Assembly (NCBI GenBank): GCA_047967505.1
Contig: CM106538.1
DNA: 64,000 nt
Source of the DNA: Dipteris shenzhenensis
Lineage: Eukaryota
Reading direction: 5' to 3' (one strand)
Shown here: positions 1 through 13,273 of the stretch, piece by piece
Numbering within the stretch: the first letter of the stretch is position 1
Layout: each line of letters opens with the position of its first letter
The notes under the pieces: generated by a model
Told to the model about the DNA's origin: nothing
Database searches by the model: none
The model's input: the letters and a program-made list of their open reading frames with translations, nothing else
Program-made: the position numbers and the translations under genes

Positions 1-1793
1 GCTCTACGGCTTTGAGAACCCATTCTCAATGAAAGTAGGATGGAAGGTATGACAAAGTGATGAGGAGGCAAGAATGGCTAAGAATGGGTGAAATGAACCA
101 AAACGTGGTGTCTTATAGAGAGCCTCAACTCATCCACTAGATTGCTCTTAGATTGCTCTTGATTATTATTGGTGGAGAGGGTGCTAAGATTGAAACTAAT
201 TGGCTAGAATCCAGCGTCAATTTTGAATATTTGCATCGTTTGATTTTATTCCAGTTTGTACCTCCAAATACCTCGATCATGGTCATAAACCTCAATCGAG
301 GTATGCTATGCCTAGGTCATATACCTCGATTGAGGTATTCAATGCCGCAGGTCGACGAGGTACTCTATGCCCCATGGTCATATACCTTGATCGAGGTATT
401 CTATGCCTCACCCAGGTCATAAACCTCGATCGAGGTATTCTATGCCTCGCACATCGCGGTCATAAACCTCGATCGAGGTATTCTATGCCTCGCGCACATC
501 GTGATGTGTATACATGTGGCTGATGTGGCACCATGCATGGTCATGATGTGGCAATATGGTGTGGAATATATGAGTCTCTTCCATGACATGGAAATGTGAT
601 GTGGCATGATGAGTTGGCATTCATGAGGTGGTAGATTGACATGGCAAATTGAGGTGGAGGGATTGGTGATGTGGCAAGGTTGACGAGGTATGCCAAGGTG
701 GCAAGGTGTGATGACATGGCTCCAAGAGTTCCTATGATGTGGAATGATGAGGTGGCACATGTGGTTGATGTGGCAACATGTGTGGCAATGTAAGGTGACA
801 TGGCAAGGAGTGATGTCACATCTCCTTGATGACATGGCACCATGCGGTCTAACAACATGGCATGGTTGCAAGGCAAAAATAGATGACTCAGCCTTCCGCA
901 TGGGTAGCATGCACACTCCAAAGGCTTGCCACTAGGGTCGGTGATGCTCCTAGCCTACCTCACCAAGCCTAATACCAAGCCTACCTTGTCTTGGTATTAG
1001 GCTTGGGTGGCCCTTTTTCCCCCACAAAAAAGGGAGATTTCACTCTTGGAGGCCATATCATATGTTTCCCTTACTCAAATTTAACCAAAATTTTTTCCTC
1101 TTATTCAATATGTGGAGGACTAAAAATATTGACATTTTTGAAATGTTTGGTCATGTTTGAGAATTACTAGATTTATTTTTAATATTCTTTGTTGATCCTC
1201 TAAGGAGTAAAAGTAAAAATTAAACTTCAATCTTCCTAAATCTAACCGTTGGATTTGGGATTTGATGATTCAACCACACACCCTTATGTGCCTACTAACC
1301 TTCCACTGAATTGGATTTGCTTAATTATTCAAAATACTAAGAAAATGTGGTGTGCTACTAAAATGCATGTATTTCATGTCTTTATTTATAATAAATAATT
1401 ATTTATAATTAGATAAATCATTCAAAAAATTACCAATAAATCAAGTTAAGGTCTACATAATGTAAAGAGACCACCTACAAAGTTTCAATAATATTTAATC
1501 TAAAATGAGTGAGAAATTTAGAATTTAATATGACACTCTCTGTTCGTGACAAAGGCGTGACCACCCTGGAACCATGCCGTGTGACACAAAGAAATTTTTG
1601 TGTGCGCATCGAATTTTCGGTCAGACTACACGATTGTGTGCACAATAGCTGTGTGATGTTGTGTCTGAAGACTTCAAAGACTAGATCCATAGGAAAGTAG
1701 GTGAGATTTGCATTTTTGTGTGCTAAAAAGCTTGTTTTTCCACCTCCTAAGGATTGGGGAGTGAACAAAAAGTGGACACCCTTAGCTTGCTAC
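1..1793. mobile_element. Terminal part of an unclassified TIR element (GTAGCAAGC family) with palindromic ATACCTCGATCGAGGTAT repeats
   Basis: AAGTGGACACCCTTAGCTTGCTAC (1770-1793) is the exact reverse complement of 35642-35665. Both loci are associated with clusters of the 18-bp palindrome (here ~268-484). The other end lies outside the window. Confidence 0.55.
268..900. repeat. Cluster of ATACCTCGATCGAGGTAT-like palindromes followed by degenerate TGTGGCA/GACATGGCA repeats
   Basis: Several palindrome copies at ~30-40 bp spacing, then many (GA)CATGGCA / ATGTGGCA units. Confidence 0.8.
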
Positions 1794-2179
1794 TTCCTTG
1801 TCCTAGATTGTGAGAAAGAAAGAAGAAAAACAAGTATCCTTGTTAAATGCTTCTTCAGGGAATGAGGAAAGAGACGTAATGATGGCTAAATGGTGCATGG
1901 TAAAGCAAAAGAAGAAGAAGAAAGCAAGGAAGAAGTAGATGAGAAACATCAGGAAGAGGAACTTCGTAGTAAGAAAAAGAAGCATCTAGAAGGAGAATTA
2001 GCCAATCAAACTTTCCTTTAGCACAAGGAATTGGAAGCTATGACTTGTTGTCCAACCTTAAAGAAAAGAAAGCTCATATCACCTTTGGTCAATTACTTGC
2101 TTTCACTACAAGGCATAGGCCATTTTTCGACGGAAATACCGACGCTTTTTACATTAAAATTTTTTTTTTTCACGGGCGC

Positions 2180-2405
2180 AAAGGTCGCTATAAAAGTCGT
2201 TAAAATCGTCGGAAAAGGAGCGTCGCTATAAACCGTCGCTATATAGCGACGCTGTTAATCGTCGCTATATAGCGACGATGTAAACGTCGCTATATAGCGA
2301 CGATATAAACGTCGCTATATAGCGACGATGTAAACGTCGCTATATAGCGACTCTGTTAATCGTCGCTATATAGCGACACTAGTAAACGTCGCTATATAGC
2401 GACGA
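2180..2405. repeat. CACTA left subterminal palindrome array (GTCGCTATATAGCGAC)
   Basis: About 7 copies of the perfect 16-bp palindrome at ~22-25 bp spacing. Confidence 0.95.
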
Positions 2406-2689
2406 TTAACAGAAGGTAAAAAAAAAGGTTAGTGGGGCTAAACAGGGCCAAAAGGAAGCCCTGTTTAGCCCCACTAACCATTTTTTTTTTTTTGTAATTA
2501 CAAAAGAAAGTTTTTTATAACAAAATTTCCCTTGCTTGCAGGGTGATACAAAATTGTTCTTGTGAACGATGAGGAAGAAATGCATATACATATACAACTG
2601 TGTTTGAAACAAAATTACCCTGTGAAAGGGCGATACAAAATGGCTCTAACGAGCGGATATGAAAAATGCTACTACCACTACTAATCCGA

Positions 2690-4256
2690 ATCCGAATCCG
2701 AATCGTCTTGTTGGGCTGTTCCCTGGTCCTCGGCACCTGCATCTTCTCCCTCGTCCCCGACACCTCCGTCTTCTCCTTCGTCATCGGCACCTGCGTCCGA
2801 TCCTTGCCCCTGTTGATCGCTCGTCTCTGATGATGGGACGCTTGAGCTTTGACCCTAAGAGTGAACCATATAAATCGAAAATTAGATTGGAACTTAAATT
2901 AAAAAGTGAGATTACAAGCAAGAGTAAACTTATACCGTGCGAGCAGCCACCTCAGCCCAATCGACTGTCGCTCCCATTGCCTCTTGCTCAATGAACCACG
3001 GCTTGGTTCCTATCCGAAATGCGCGCCGCGTCTCTGCATCCGTAGGAAGACGACCCATCGCAGCTTGCTGTGGATCCAATTTACGAGAGTTAGAGTTAGC
3101 TAAAGTGCATGTAATATGTAAGTAAAACAAATAGAACAATACATTAAATGGAAAGAAGTAAACTTACCACGGTTGCCTCGAACGCATACCGTCCACCTGC
3201 ACCAAAGTGTGAAGTACCTACGACATCCAGCCGTCTCTTCGCAGCCCTCCTCTGACCCTCGAACATTTCAGGATGATCCCTATGTTGCTTCTTGAAGTAC
3301 TTCCAATCAGCTTTGCCTGCCCAGCTGGGTTTAGACAACCCCTTTGTAATGGAAGTACGCATGGTTGATCTGCGATGCTTTAGGACCAAACCCATGCGCT
3401 CGAGCATATAACTGTTATTAAACTCCACATTTGGCGGATTAGGAAATCTGAGTTTTAACTCATCGATCACCGCCTGCGTCTTTTGGCCATCTTGATACCG
3501 CCAATCGATATTTATGCCGCTCTTGAAGTGATGACTCATCAACCGCCTCATGGCGGCCATCACTGCTTTGCCCTTTTTGTCTTCTATTATCTCTCCGGCA
3601 GATGTGATTTGATAGGAGAGATCCCCTGATGAGTAAGGGGGACTGACGGTAGCAGAGTCTGAAGGAGTGGAAGCTGCGCGACCGCTTCCGGATCGAGGAG
3701 TAGCTGTGGGAGTAGGAGAGGGAAAGGGACCTGACTGATACTATGTCTCCGGACCAAGTGGAGACCTAAAGGAGCGTGAGTGTGCTGACTCGTCTACATC
3801 TCCTGAGTCAGCACAACATGAGCCGCCCATCCTACTCTTCCTTCCCTTGCGGGAGGCATGCGCAGGTGATGATCTCGCGGTCGAAGGGGCGCGAGGGGAT
3901 GGCTGGGCTGGACGTCCACCCGTCGGTGTAGGGGAAGGAATTGCGGAGGTCCTCTGAGAGAGCAGAGAGAAGAATCTCGCTGCCTCCTCATCGCTCATCT
4001 GCGCTACAAACTCGTCGGGAGTCCCAACAAAGCCATGCGCGGCTAGCAAAGGAGTCCCCTGAGGGGTAGTCGCAGTGCTACGTGGAAGAGGGGTCGGACC
4101 AGGGGTAGTCACAGTGCTAGGACCGAGAGGAGTCGGACCAGGGGTAGTCCTCGGGGTAGTCGCCTGAGAGGAATCAAAGTCCTCTGGAGCATATAGATCG
4201 TGAGCTCTCCTCCTGCGAGGCTGTCCGTACTCGTCCGATGAGCGACGTGATCCCAT
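2690..4256 (-). pseudogene. CACTA second ORF (TnpA/ORF2-like), spliced, with premature stop
   Basis: ORFs 3741-4334 and 3144-3563 share a frame across one TAG at 3741. Pro/Ser/Thr-rich N-terminus followed by a WRYQ...KPSW...W region typical of CACTA ORF2. GTAAG donor at ~3167. Downstream exon limits are approximate. Confidence 0.6.
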
Positions 4257-4534
4257 GTCTAACATAGACACAAACACGAAAACAGAAAACAAATAAACAA
4301 ACATGAGCATTCTCATAGGCATAGGCATAGGCAAGAAGAAAGAAGAGGGAAAGGAAAGAAGAGGGAAAGGAAAGAGGGAAAGAAGAGGGAAAGATAAGAG
4401 GGAAAGAAGATGTAAAGGAAAGAAAAGAATGAGAACGAGGAAATAGAGAATGAGAGAAAGGGAAAGAGATGAGGGAAAATAGAGAATGAGAGAAGGGGGA
4501 AATGAGAGAAGGGGGAAATAGAGTGGGAAATAGA

Positions 4535-7500
4535 GAATGAGCTTATGCAGAAATAGAGAATGAGCTTATGCTTCTCTCATTCTCTATTTCCGCATAAGCT
4601 CACGCATGTGCATGAGCTTATGCGGAAACTTAAGCATAAGCTCATGCACATGCATGAGCATAAGCATGAGAAGGATGAGTTTCCGCATGCTTATGCTCAT
4701 GCGGAAAAAGAGAAGGAGCTTATGCAGAAAAAGAGAAGGAGAGAAGCATCTCTCATTCTCTATTTCCGCATAAGCTCCTTCTCTTTTTCCGCATGAGCTT
4801 ATGCTTATGCTCATGGGTGAGCATGAGCTTATGCTCATGTTTCCGCATATGCGAAAATAGAGGAGGAGAGAAGCATAAGCTTCTCTCATTCTCTATTTCC
4901 GCATATGCTCACGCAAAAGAGAAAGAGAAAGAGCTTATGTGGAAAAAGAGAAAGAGCTTATGCGGAAAAAGAGAATGAGATCCGCATATGCTTCTCTCAT
5001 TCTCTATTTCCGCATAAGCTCCTGCGGAAACTTCCGCATAAGCTCATGCTCATGAATAAGCATAAGCTCATGCTTATGCTCATGCGGAAATAGAGAAGGA
5101 GCTTATGCGGAAAAAGAGAAGGAGCTTATGCGGAATAAGAGAAGGAGCTCATGCGAAAACTTGCGGAAACTTGCATGCGGAATAAGAGAAGGAGCTTATG
5201 CGGAAAAAGAGAATGAGAGAAGCATATGCTTCTCTCATTCTCTATTTCCGCATAAGCTCTTGCGGAAACTTACGCATAAGCTCATGGACATGAATGAGCA
5301 TAAGCATGAGCTTATGCTTATGCTCATGCATAAGCATAAGCATAAGCTCATGCTTATGCTCATGCGGAAAAAGAGAAGGAGCTTATGCGGAAAGAGAGAA
5401 GGAGCACTTGCGGAAACTTGCGGATAAGCTCTTGCGGAAACTTGCGGATAGCTTATGCTTATGCTTATGCTTATGCTTGCGGAAACTTGCGGAAACTTGC
5501 GGAAACTCATGCTTATGCTCATGCGGAAATAGAGAAGGAGCATAAGCATGAGCATAAGCATAAGCATGAATGAGCATAAGCATGAGCTTATGCTTATGCT
5601 TATGCATAAGCATAAGCATAAGCTCATGCATAAGCTCATGCTTATGCTCATGCGGAAACTTGCGAAGGAGCTTATGCGGAATGAGAGAAGGAGCTTATGC
5701 GCAAAAAGAGAAGGAGCTTATGCGGAAAAAGAGAAGGAGCACTTGCGGAAACTTGCGCATAAGCTCTTGCGGAAACTTGCGCATAAGCTCATGACAAGCT
5801 CCTTCTCTCATTCCGCATAAGCTCCTTCTCTATTTCCGCATGAGCATAAGCATGAGCTTATGCTTATGCTTATGCATAAGCATAAGCATAAGCTCATGCG
5901 GAAATAGAGAAGGAGCTTATGCGGAATGAGAGAAGGAGCTTATGCGGAAAAAGAGAATGAGAGAAGCATATGCTTCTCTCATTCTCTATTTCCGCATAAG
6001 CTCTTGCGGAAACTTACGCATAAGCTCATGCGGAAGAATGAGCATAAGCATGAGCTTATGCTTATGCTTATGCATAAGCATAAGCATAAGCTCATGCTTA
6101 TGCTCATGCGGAAAAAGAGAGGGAGCTTATGCGGAAAAAGAGAAGGAGCACTTGCGGAAACTTGCGGATAAGCTCTTGCGGAAACTTACGCATAAGCTCT
6201 TGCGGAAGCATGAGCATAAGCATGAGCTTATGCTTATGCTTATGCATAAGCATAAGCATAAGCATGAGCTTATGCTTATGCTTATGCATAAGCATAAGCA
6301 TAAGCATAAGCTCATGCTTATGCTCATGCGGAAATAGAGAAGGAGCTTATGCGGAATGAGAGAAGGAGCTTATGCGGAAAAAGAGAATGAGAGAAGCGTA
6401 TGCTTCTCTCATTCTCTATTTTCGCATAAGCTCTTGCGGAAACTTACGCAAAAGCTCATGCGGAAGAATGAGCATAAGCATGAGCTTATGCTTATGCTTA
6501 TGCATAAGCATAAGCATAAGCTCATGCTTATGCTCATGCGGAAAAAGAGAGGGAGCTTATGCGGAAAAAGAGAAGGAGCACTTGCGGAAACTTGCGGATA
6601 AGCTCTTGCGGAAACTTACGCATAAGCTCTTGCGGATGAATGAGCATAAGCATGAGCTTATGCTTATGCTTATGCATAAGCATAAGCATAAGCATAAGCA
6701 TAAGCATAAGCTCATGCTTATGCTCATGCGGAAATAGAGAAGGAGCTTATGCGGAATGAGAGAAGGAGCTTATGCGGAAAAAGAGAATGAGAGAAGCGTA
6801 TGCTTCTCTCATTCTCTATTTCCGCATAAGCTCTTGCGGAAACTTACGCATAAGCTCATGCGGAAGAATGAGCATAAGCATGAGCTTATGCTTATGCTTA
6901 TGCATAAGCATAAGCATAAGCTCATGCTTATGCTCATGCGGAAAAAGAGAAGGAGCTTATGCGGAAAAAGAGAAGGAGCACTTGCGGAAACTTGCGGATA
7001 AGCTCTTGCGGAAACTTGCGGATAAGCTCTTGCGGAAACTTGCGGATAAGCTCTTGCGGAAACTTACGCATAAGCTCTTGCGGATGAATGAGCATAAGCA
7101 TGAGCTTATGCTTATGCTTATGCATAAGCATAAGCATAAGCTCATGCTTATGCTCATGCGGAAAAAGAGAAGGAGCACTTGCGGAAACTTGCGGATAAGC
7201 TCTTGCGGAAACTTACGCATAAGCTCTTGCGGAAACTTACGCATAAGCTCTTGCGGATGAATGAGCATAAGCATGAGCTTATGCTTATGCTTATGCATAA
7301 GCGTAAGCATAAGCATAAGCATAAGCATAAGCTCATGCTTATGCTCATGCGGAAATAGAGAAGGAGCTTATGCGGAATGAGAGAAGGAGCTTATGCGGAA
7401 AAAGAGAATGAGAGAAGCATATGCTTCTCTCATTCTCTATTTCCGCATAAGCTCTTGCGGAAACTTACGCATAAGCTCATGCTCATGAATGAGCATAAGC

Positions 7501-7570
7501 ATGAGCTTATGCTTATGCTTATGCATAAGCATAAGCATAAGCTCATGCTTATGCTCATGCGGAAATAGAG
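4535..7570. repeat. 3 kb complex tandem repeat built from GCATAA/TTATGC, GCATGA and GCGGAA hexamers with ~400-bp higher-order units
   Basis: Directly visible. Near-identical higher-order units start at about 5900, 6330 and 6730. Purine-rich GA tracts flank it at ~4335-4535 and ~7570-7680. Confidence 0.95.
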
Positions 7571-8409
7571 AATAAGGGGGAAAGGAAAGAGAGAAGGGAA
7601 AAGAGAGAGGGGGAAAGAGAGAATAAGAGAAGAGGGAAAAAAGAGAAGGGGGAAAATGAGAAAAAGAGAAGGGGGAAGAGAGGGTTCCTACGCCCATCAC
7701 TGCAGCTAGCGCTTAAGGCGCTAGCTACAGGCAAATGCAAATAACAAAAAGCTTAAATGGAAAGAAGAGGAAGCACTTACCTGTAAAAGTATGTCCCGCT
7801 CGGTGTAGTGGACTGGGCCCACAAAAGAGAGACTATGTCCCGCTCGGTGTAGTGGACTGGCCCTACAAAAGAGAGAAAACAACCCATTTTTTCAAATAAG
7901 ATGTTAGTGGAAAGAGGAGATCACAAAGGCAACTTCTTGAAAGGAGACAAGGAAAGAGAAGATTGAGGAGACAAGGAAAGGAGGAGATTGAGGAGAAGAG
8001 AAGGAAGAGAAATACATAAAGAAGAGGTGAGTTTCTTTCTTTCTTTCTTGAAATTTCGTTTTTTGTTTGAATCCTTTCTAATCAAGCATGAAAACTAGTT
8101 TAAAACTTTAGCAATACAAGTAGAAACACTCACAAAACCAAAGCTAACAAACAAAGAACCTACATTGTTGAAAAAAACTCACCTTTTGAAGAACTTTCTT
8201 TCTGGAAACCAAAGAGGGAAAAAGGAGAGAGAGGGTGCACAAGAGGTAGGAGGAGGGTGAGGAGTGGGAAATAGGGTAGGAGGTTGCTTGGAATAGATGG
8301 GAGGTCAGTGAAAATAGGTGGGAGGAGATTTTGGAGAGCTTAGTTTAGAGATTAGGAAAGCTTTGAGCAAAACGCCGCGGGTTTCGGCGTTTCGGGTTTT
8401 AACCCACAG

Positions 8410-8545
8410 CGTCGCTATATAGCGACGCTTATTCGTCGCTATATAGCGACGTTTTTAATTGAAAACGTCGCTATATAGCGACGCTTTCAATTAAAATCGT
8501 CGCTATATAGCGACGGAACAGAGCGTCGCTATATAGCGACGCTTA
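8410..8545. promoter_or_regulatory. Internal cluster of the CACTA subterminal palindrome between the two divergent ORFs
   Basis: Five GTCGCTATATAGCGAC copies about 230 bp upstream of the transposase ATG. Regulatory role is inferred. Confidence 0.55.
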
Positions 8546-8773
8546 CTGTTTGTTTTTTAATGAGGCCTCTTGTGACTCAAACATGCTATGCCTATAATTG
8601 TCAATATCTCCTCTTACTACACAGCCTTACTATATAGGATTTTTTGTTTCAATCCTTACTATATAGCGATGTCATTCTTTTTATATAGCCTCAAGAGAAG
8701 CTCAAATTAAACATGCTATGCTCATAATTGTGTACATCTCCTCTTCATTTATGTTTTGGTTTTATAAGTGTAG

Positions 8774-11700
8774 ATGGAAGGGACGAGTGGAAGCTCATCC
8801 GATGATGCGCCAACGCCCGGGAGCACGAAGTGGCTTACGGAGAGGTTATATTGTCATTGCACTCATTGCAAGCGAGAAGTACGACATCAACGTCGTATTA
8901 TCATGCGCCACTTGCGGATGTATGGGGAGGAGCCGGAACCAGTACCCCCCGTTGGTGTTGCACATGTTGATGGATCATCGGTAAGTCAAAGCTATTTAAG
9001 TTCGCAATCTTATTGTATACCCGGAATTAGAAGATCTTCTATTTACACGAATGAGCTTATGACAGGATGACGAGGGTGACGAGGGTACACATATACCTTC
9101 TCACTTTCAACAAGACTATAGTCTCCCAGATGACGACGAGGGTATGGTCGACATGATGGATTCCATTTTTAGGGGCACTACATCCCACGTACACGTGATG
9201 TCAGAGTCTGAGGTGAAAATGCGAGAGTTGCAATCAACACAATTGTACGAGGGTGCCAGGATGTCTAAACTACGTGCTTGTCTCTCAATCTTGAATCTAC
9301 AAGTACAGTATGGGTGGTCGGATACAAGTGTCTCGGCCTTAATGAGGTTAGCCCTTGCATTAATTTGATTGACTCATTATTTGGATATTGTTTGTTTTGA
9401 GAATCATCATTTGGATAGTGTCTTTGTCATAGGTTGCTCCAAAAGATGTTGCCTGCACCAAATACCATGCCCGCATCAAGAGATGAAGCGAAAAAGATGC
9501 TAACAATGGTGGGTATGGATTATGATACCATCCATGCTTGCCGTAATGATTGTATTCTCTTTCGTCGTGAGCATGGAGATTTGGCTAGTTGTCCAAAGTG
9601 TGGGGAACAACGATATAGAGATGACTTGCAGGGTGAGAGGATACCGGTAAAGGTCTTAAGACACTTTCCCATCATTGCAAGAATACAACACATGTTTCGA
9701 TGCAAATCCATAGCGGAGTTGATGACATGGCATGCATCTCATCGGTCCACTGATCACACATTGAGGATTCCCGCAGATTGTGCGGCTTGGAAGCACATAG
9801 ATAATCAGTGGCCGGACTTTGCGAGAGAGCCACGCAACTTACATCTTGGGCTAGCCATGGACGGCGTGAATCCTTTCGGGTTACGCTCGACATCTTGGTC
9901 GACATGGCCCATAGTCGTGGTGAATTACAATATCCCACCATGGCTAACAATAAAAAAGGGACACCTCATGCTTGCACTACTTGTGCCAGGAAAGTACAAG
10001 GCAAGAAACATGGACGTGTACATGGCACCTTTGATAGAGGAGTTACAGATATTATGGAGAGGAGTGCAGGTCTTTGATATTTCCAGAGCTCCTAGGCATA
10101 CCAATGATATTTCCGTCAGGGGTATCTTGATGTGGACCATGCATGACTACCCAGGATATGGAGAGTGCACAGGTACGTGGTTATGTCTTTACATGTACAA
10201 TGAGGGATTATGCTTTTTTTACTCTCTTTTGCACGCATGTCTTGTACTAACATATTCATGCACGCGTGCAGGGCTTGCTACAAGTGGGTACCATGCTTGT
10301 CCTGTTTGTGGACCCGCTCTGAAATCGCTTGCACGCTACTCCAAACACATGAGGAAAAATGTTTATGAAGGTCATGCTTGATACCTTCTGCTCGACCATC
10401 TCGCACGTGGAGGTCAGCTTGATCCACCACCATCATACTTAGCAAGTGATTGGATTCAAGCTTGGAGGGAGAATGGAGAGGAACCTCCTCCTGGTATGAA
10501 GAGGCTATCGATCTTTCACGAGCTTCCTTATTGGGGTCAGTTACAAATCAATCATCTCTTGGATCCCATGCATATCTTTAAGAATGTGGGGGCTACCATT
10601 TGGGCACACTTGGTTGGTTCCAAGGACTCGAGAGGAGTGCGAGAAGACTTGCGTGCTATGAATAGGATGTCTCGTTTGTGGCCCCAAGTGCATGCTTCAG
10701 GAAAAGTTGTCCTCCCGAAAGCAACGTGGATCCTCTCTACGAGGGAGGAGGCAGCGATCAAGGCAGACATTGCCTCTTTTCAAACACCGACAGGGTACAT
10801 GCGTTGCTTGAAAGGAGCATTTTCAAAGGACAATAAGCTTAGTGGCCTCAAGTCCCATGATTGGCACAAGGTCTTACAGGTATTCTAAGTAGAATTAGTG
10901 TACCGATAATAGTGATGCATTAGCGTAATTATTATTATGTTATATTGTTGACATGATTTCATTGTTGCTTTGATAGTTCATCCTTCCAATTACAATAAAA
11001 GGGTGCTTACAAGAAGATGTTAGAAATGCTATATACAAGATCTGTGGTATTGTGAGGTATGCTTACTATCAATTCGCATTATCTATTTTCTTCATGGACA
11101 TGTGAAATAGGTGGATATCTCAAATATCTTACATATGCATGGACATGTGAAATAGGTGGATATCTCAAAAAGAGATCTCTATATCGAGCATCGAGAAGGC
11201 TAGGGTGGAATCCATCGAAGCCGTATGCTTGCTTGAGAAGCACTTTCCCTCAAGCATTATGACAACTCAAGTCCACTTGCTTGTGCACATAGTTGATGAG
11301 GTGGCTATAGCAGGTACCGTTCATAATCGATGGATGTTTTTTCTCGAGCGGTTTATGAAAACTTTAAAGGGGTTTGTAAGACAAAGAGCAAGACCAGAAG
11401 CAAGCATGGCAGAGGGATGGCTTGTGCAAGAGTCATTAGTATATATCACAGAGTTTCTTGCATCCACGGATCCTGATATGCCGCAAGCTTGGCACAACAA
11501 GGATGATGATCGCATCATTGGCGAGGTCCCCCAAGGAAAAGGGATTGAAAGAAAGATGAGCGAAGAGCGAATGGAGAAATTCAATAAGTTTTGTATCCTC
11601 AATAGCCCTGAGATGCAGAAGTGGATTGAGAGATATGAAGTGGCCAAAGCAGAAAGAATAAATGCAAGGACGAGATTCAGAGTAATGTACAGGCGATCAC

Positions 11701-12834
11701 AACCATATCCACGAGATCTGGCTCTTCTCCCTACTCACATGTCACTTGATTGGCTACAACTAGCTATACGTAAAGCCGAACGTGATGGAGAGACAATAAA
11801 CGAGCGCGAGCGGGAGTTATCATCTGGATGTATGGTGCATGTAAGTTTCTTATCTCTTGATGTCATTAAGTAATTATTTGTGGCAATATATGTTATAAAA
11901 TAGGTGCATCTTCATTGTTTTAATGATGCTCTTTTACAGTACAAAAAGTACAGTGCATTATGGTCATATGGATGACATTTTCGCATAGAACGCATCGATT
12001 CAAAGAGAGTCACGTATGATTGTGGAGTCATGGCTAACTTCACACAAGATAGCCGAGCAAGTGCTTCGGATACCAATCTTCTCTCCTCACAGTTGGATTA
12101 TTGTGGAACCATACGCGACATCTATGAAATTGATTTTAGATGATTTACTATTTTCATTCTTGATGTAAAATGATTTAGAACTACTTACAACGGTCCCCAT
12201 GCAACTGTGAGAAAAGATGGTAGCGGTCTCTTTGCAATAGACTCCACCAAACATTGGACCGATGAAAGTGATACTTTTGTTCTTCCCGAGCACTGTGAGC
12301 AGGTGCATACTAATGATTTAATTAGTCGAAGCTTTCGTTTTTTAAGTCCATTGATATATATATAATTGACGACATTTGGCACGTGATTTTTCATCTTCAA
12401 TATAGGTGGTTTTTCATCCGGATCGTTCTGATCCAAGATGGTGGTACGTGATCCAAGTTGCACCACGAAGTAAGCAGATTTTTGAAGATCGAGATGTGGA
12501 TATGGAGATGCCACTACCAAATCCGGATCCAATTGATGAATCTAGCGAAGAAGATATAGATCACCATATGAGGTAGGAGGAAGATGCGCATAATGACATC
12601 GCACGGGAGGAGGATGGAGATCACGATATTGACGAGGAAGACAACAATCGTCAAGATCAATCACCACACTTAAGCTTAATTGAAGAAGATGATCAAATAC
12701 TTTTAGGTGAACGTACGATGCTAGAGTACGATGATGATATAGGAGATCAACTCGGTATAGAGTTGGAGATAGACTTGCTTGGCGCCTTAGACTTGGCTCA
12801 AGATGAAACAGTTGATGTAAATGCTCTTATTTAA
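8774..12834 (+). pseudogene. CACTA TnpD-type transposase (Transposase_21, DUF4218 and DUF4216-like regions), multi-exon, several premature stops
   Basis: Motifs IHACRNDCILF, CPKCG, LAMDGVNPF, MHDYPG, LDPMHIFKN, GLKSHDWH, WMFFLERFMKTLKGFVRQRARPEASMAEG. GT-AG introns. In-frame stops, e.g. TGA at 10379. Confidence 0.92.
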
Positions 12835-13009
12835 TTTGATTTTTCTCATCTCCAACTTGGACATGAATATATGAGCTTCAAAGGCTTGATGTACATGCTC
12901 TCATTTTTTATTTCTCTATGAGCTGAAACATGTATGAAAATTTAAAAAATTTTGTCATTGGAAGAAAATAAATTTTAAGGCTAAAAAAAAAAAAAAAACC
13001 TCTCTGTAA

Positions 13010-13250
13010 AACGTCGCTATAATATAGTCTCAGTGTCGCTATATAGCGACCTTTAAAAGTCGCTATATAGCGACTTTTACTAAGGTCGCTATATAGCGAC
13101 CTTTAAAAGTCGCTATATAGCGACTTGTACTAACGTCGCTATATAGCGACGCTTATTAAAAGTCGCTATATAGCGACGATTTACGACACCCGATTTTTAT
13201 ACCGACGATTAACGCTAAGCGAGCGCTAATCGTCGGTACGTAAACGTCGC
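13010..13250. repeat. CACTA right subterminal palindrome array
   Basis: About 6 GTCGCTATATAGCGAC copies just inside the TAGTG terminus. Confidence 0.93.
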
Positions 13251-13273
13251 AATAGGATGCGTGTGTAGTAGTG

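Larger units (their letters stand above)
2104..13273. mobile_element. Full-length CACTA (En/Spm) DNA transposon, decayed
   Basis: Starts CACTACAAGG at 2104 and ends GTAGTAGTG at 13273. 3-bp TSD TTT on both sides. GTCGCTATATAGCGAC subterminal arrays at both ends. Contains a TnpD-type transposase and a second ORF. Confidence 0.95.

Noticed and set aside
2180-2405. Regularly spaced palindromes resembling a CRISPR array (also 13010-13250, 35734-36011, 49795-50027)
   Set aside because: Eukaryotic context, spacers short or mutually similar, no cas genes. Position next to TIRs explains them as subterminal repeats.
4560-7740. Many ORFs rich in HKHK/MLML/SISI
   Set aside because: Translation artefacts of the hexamer repeat.
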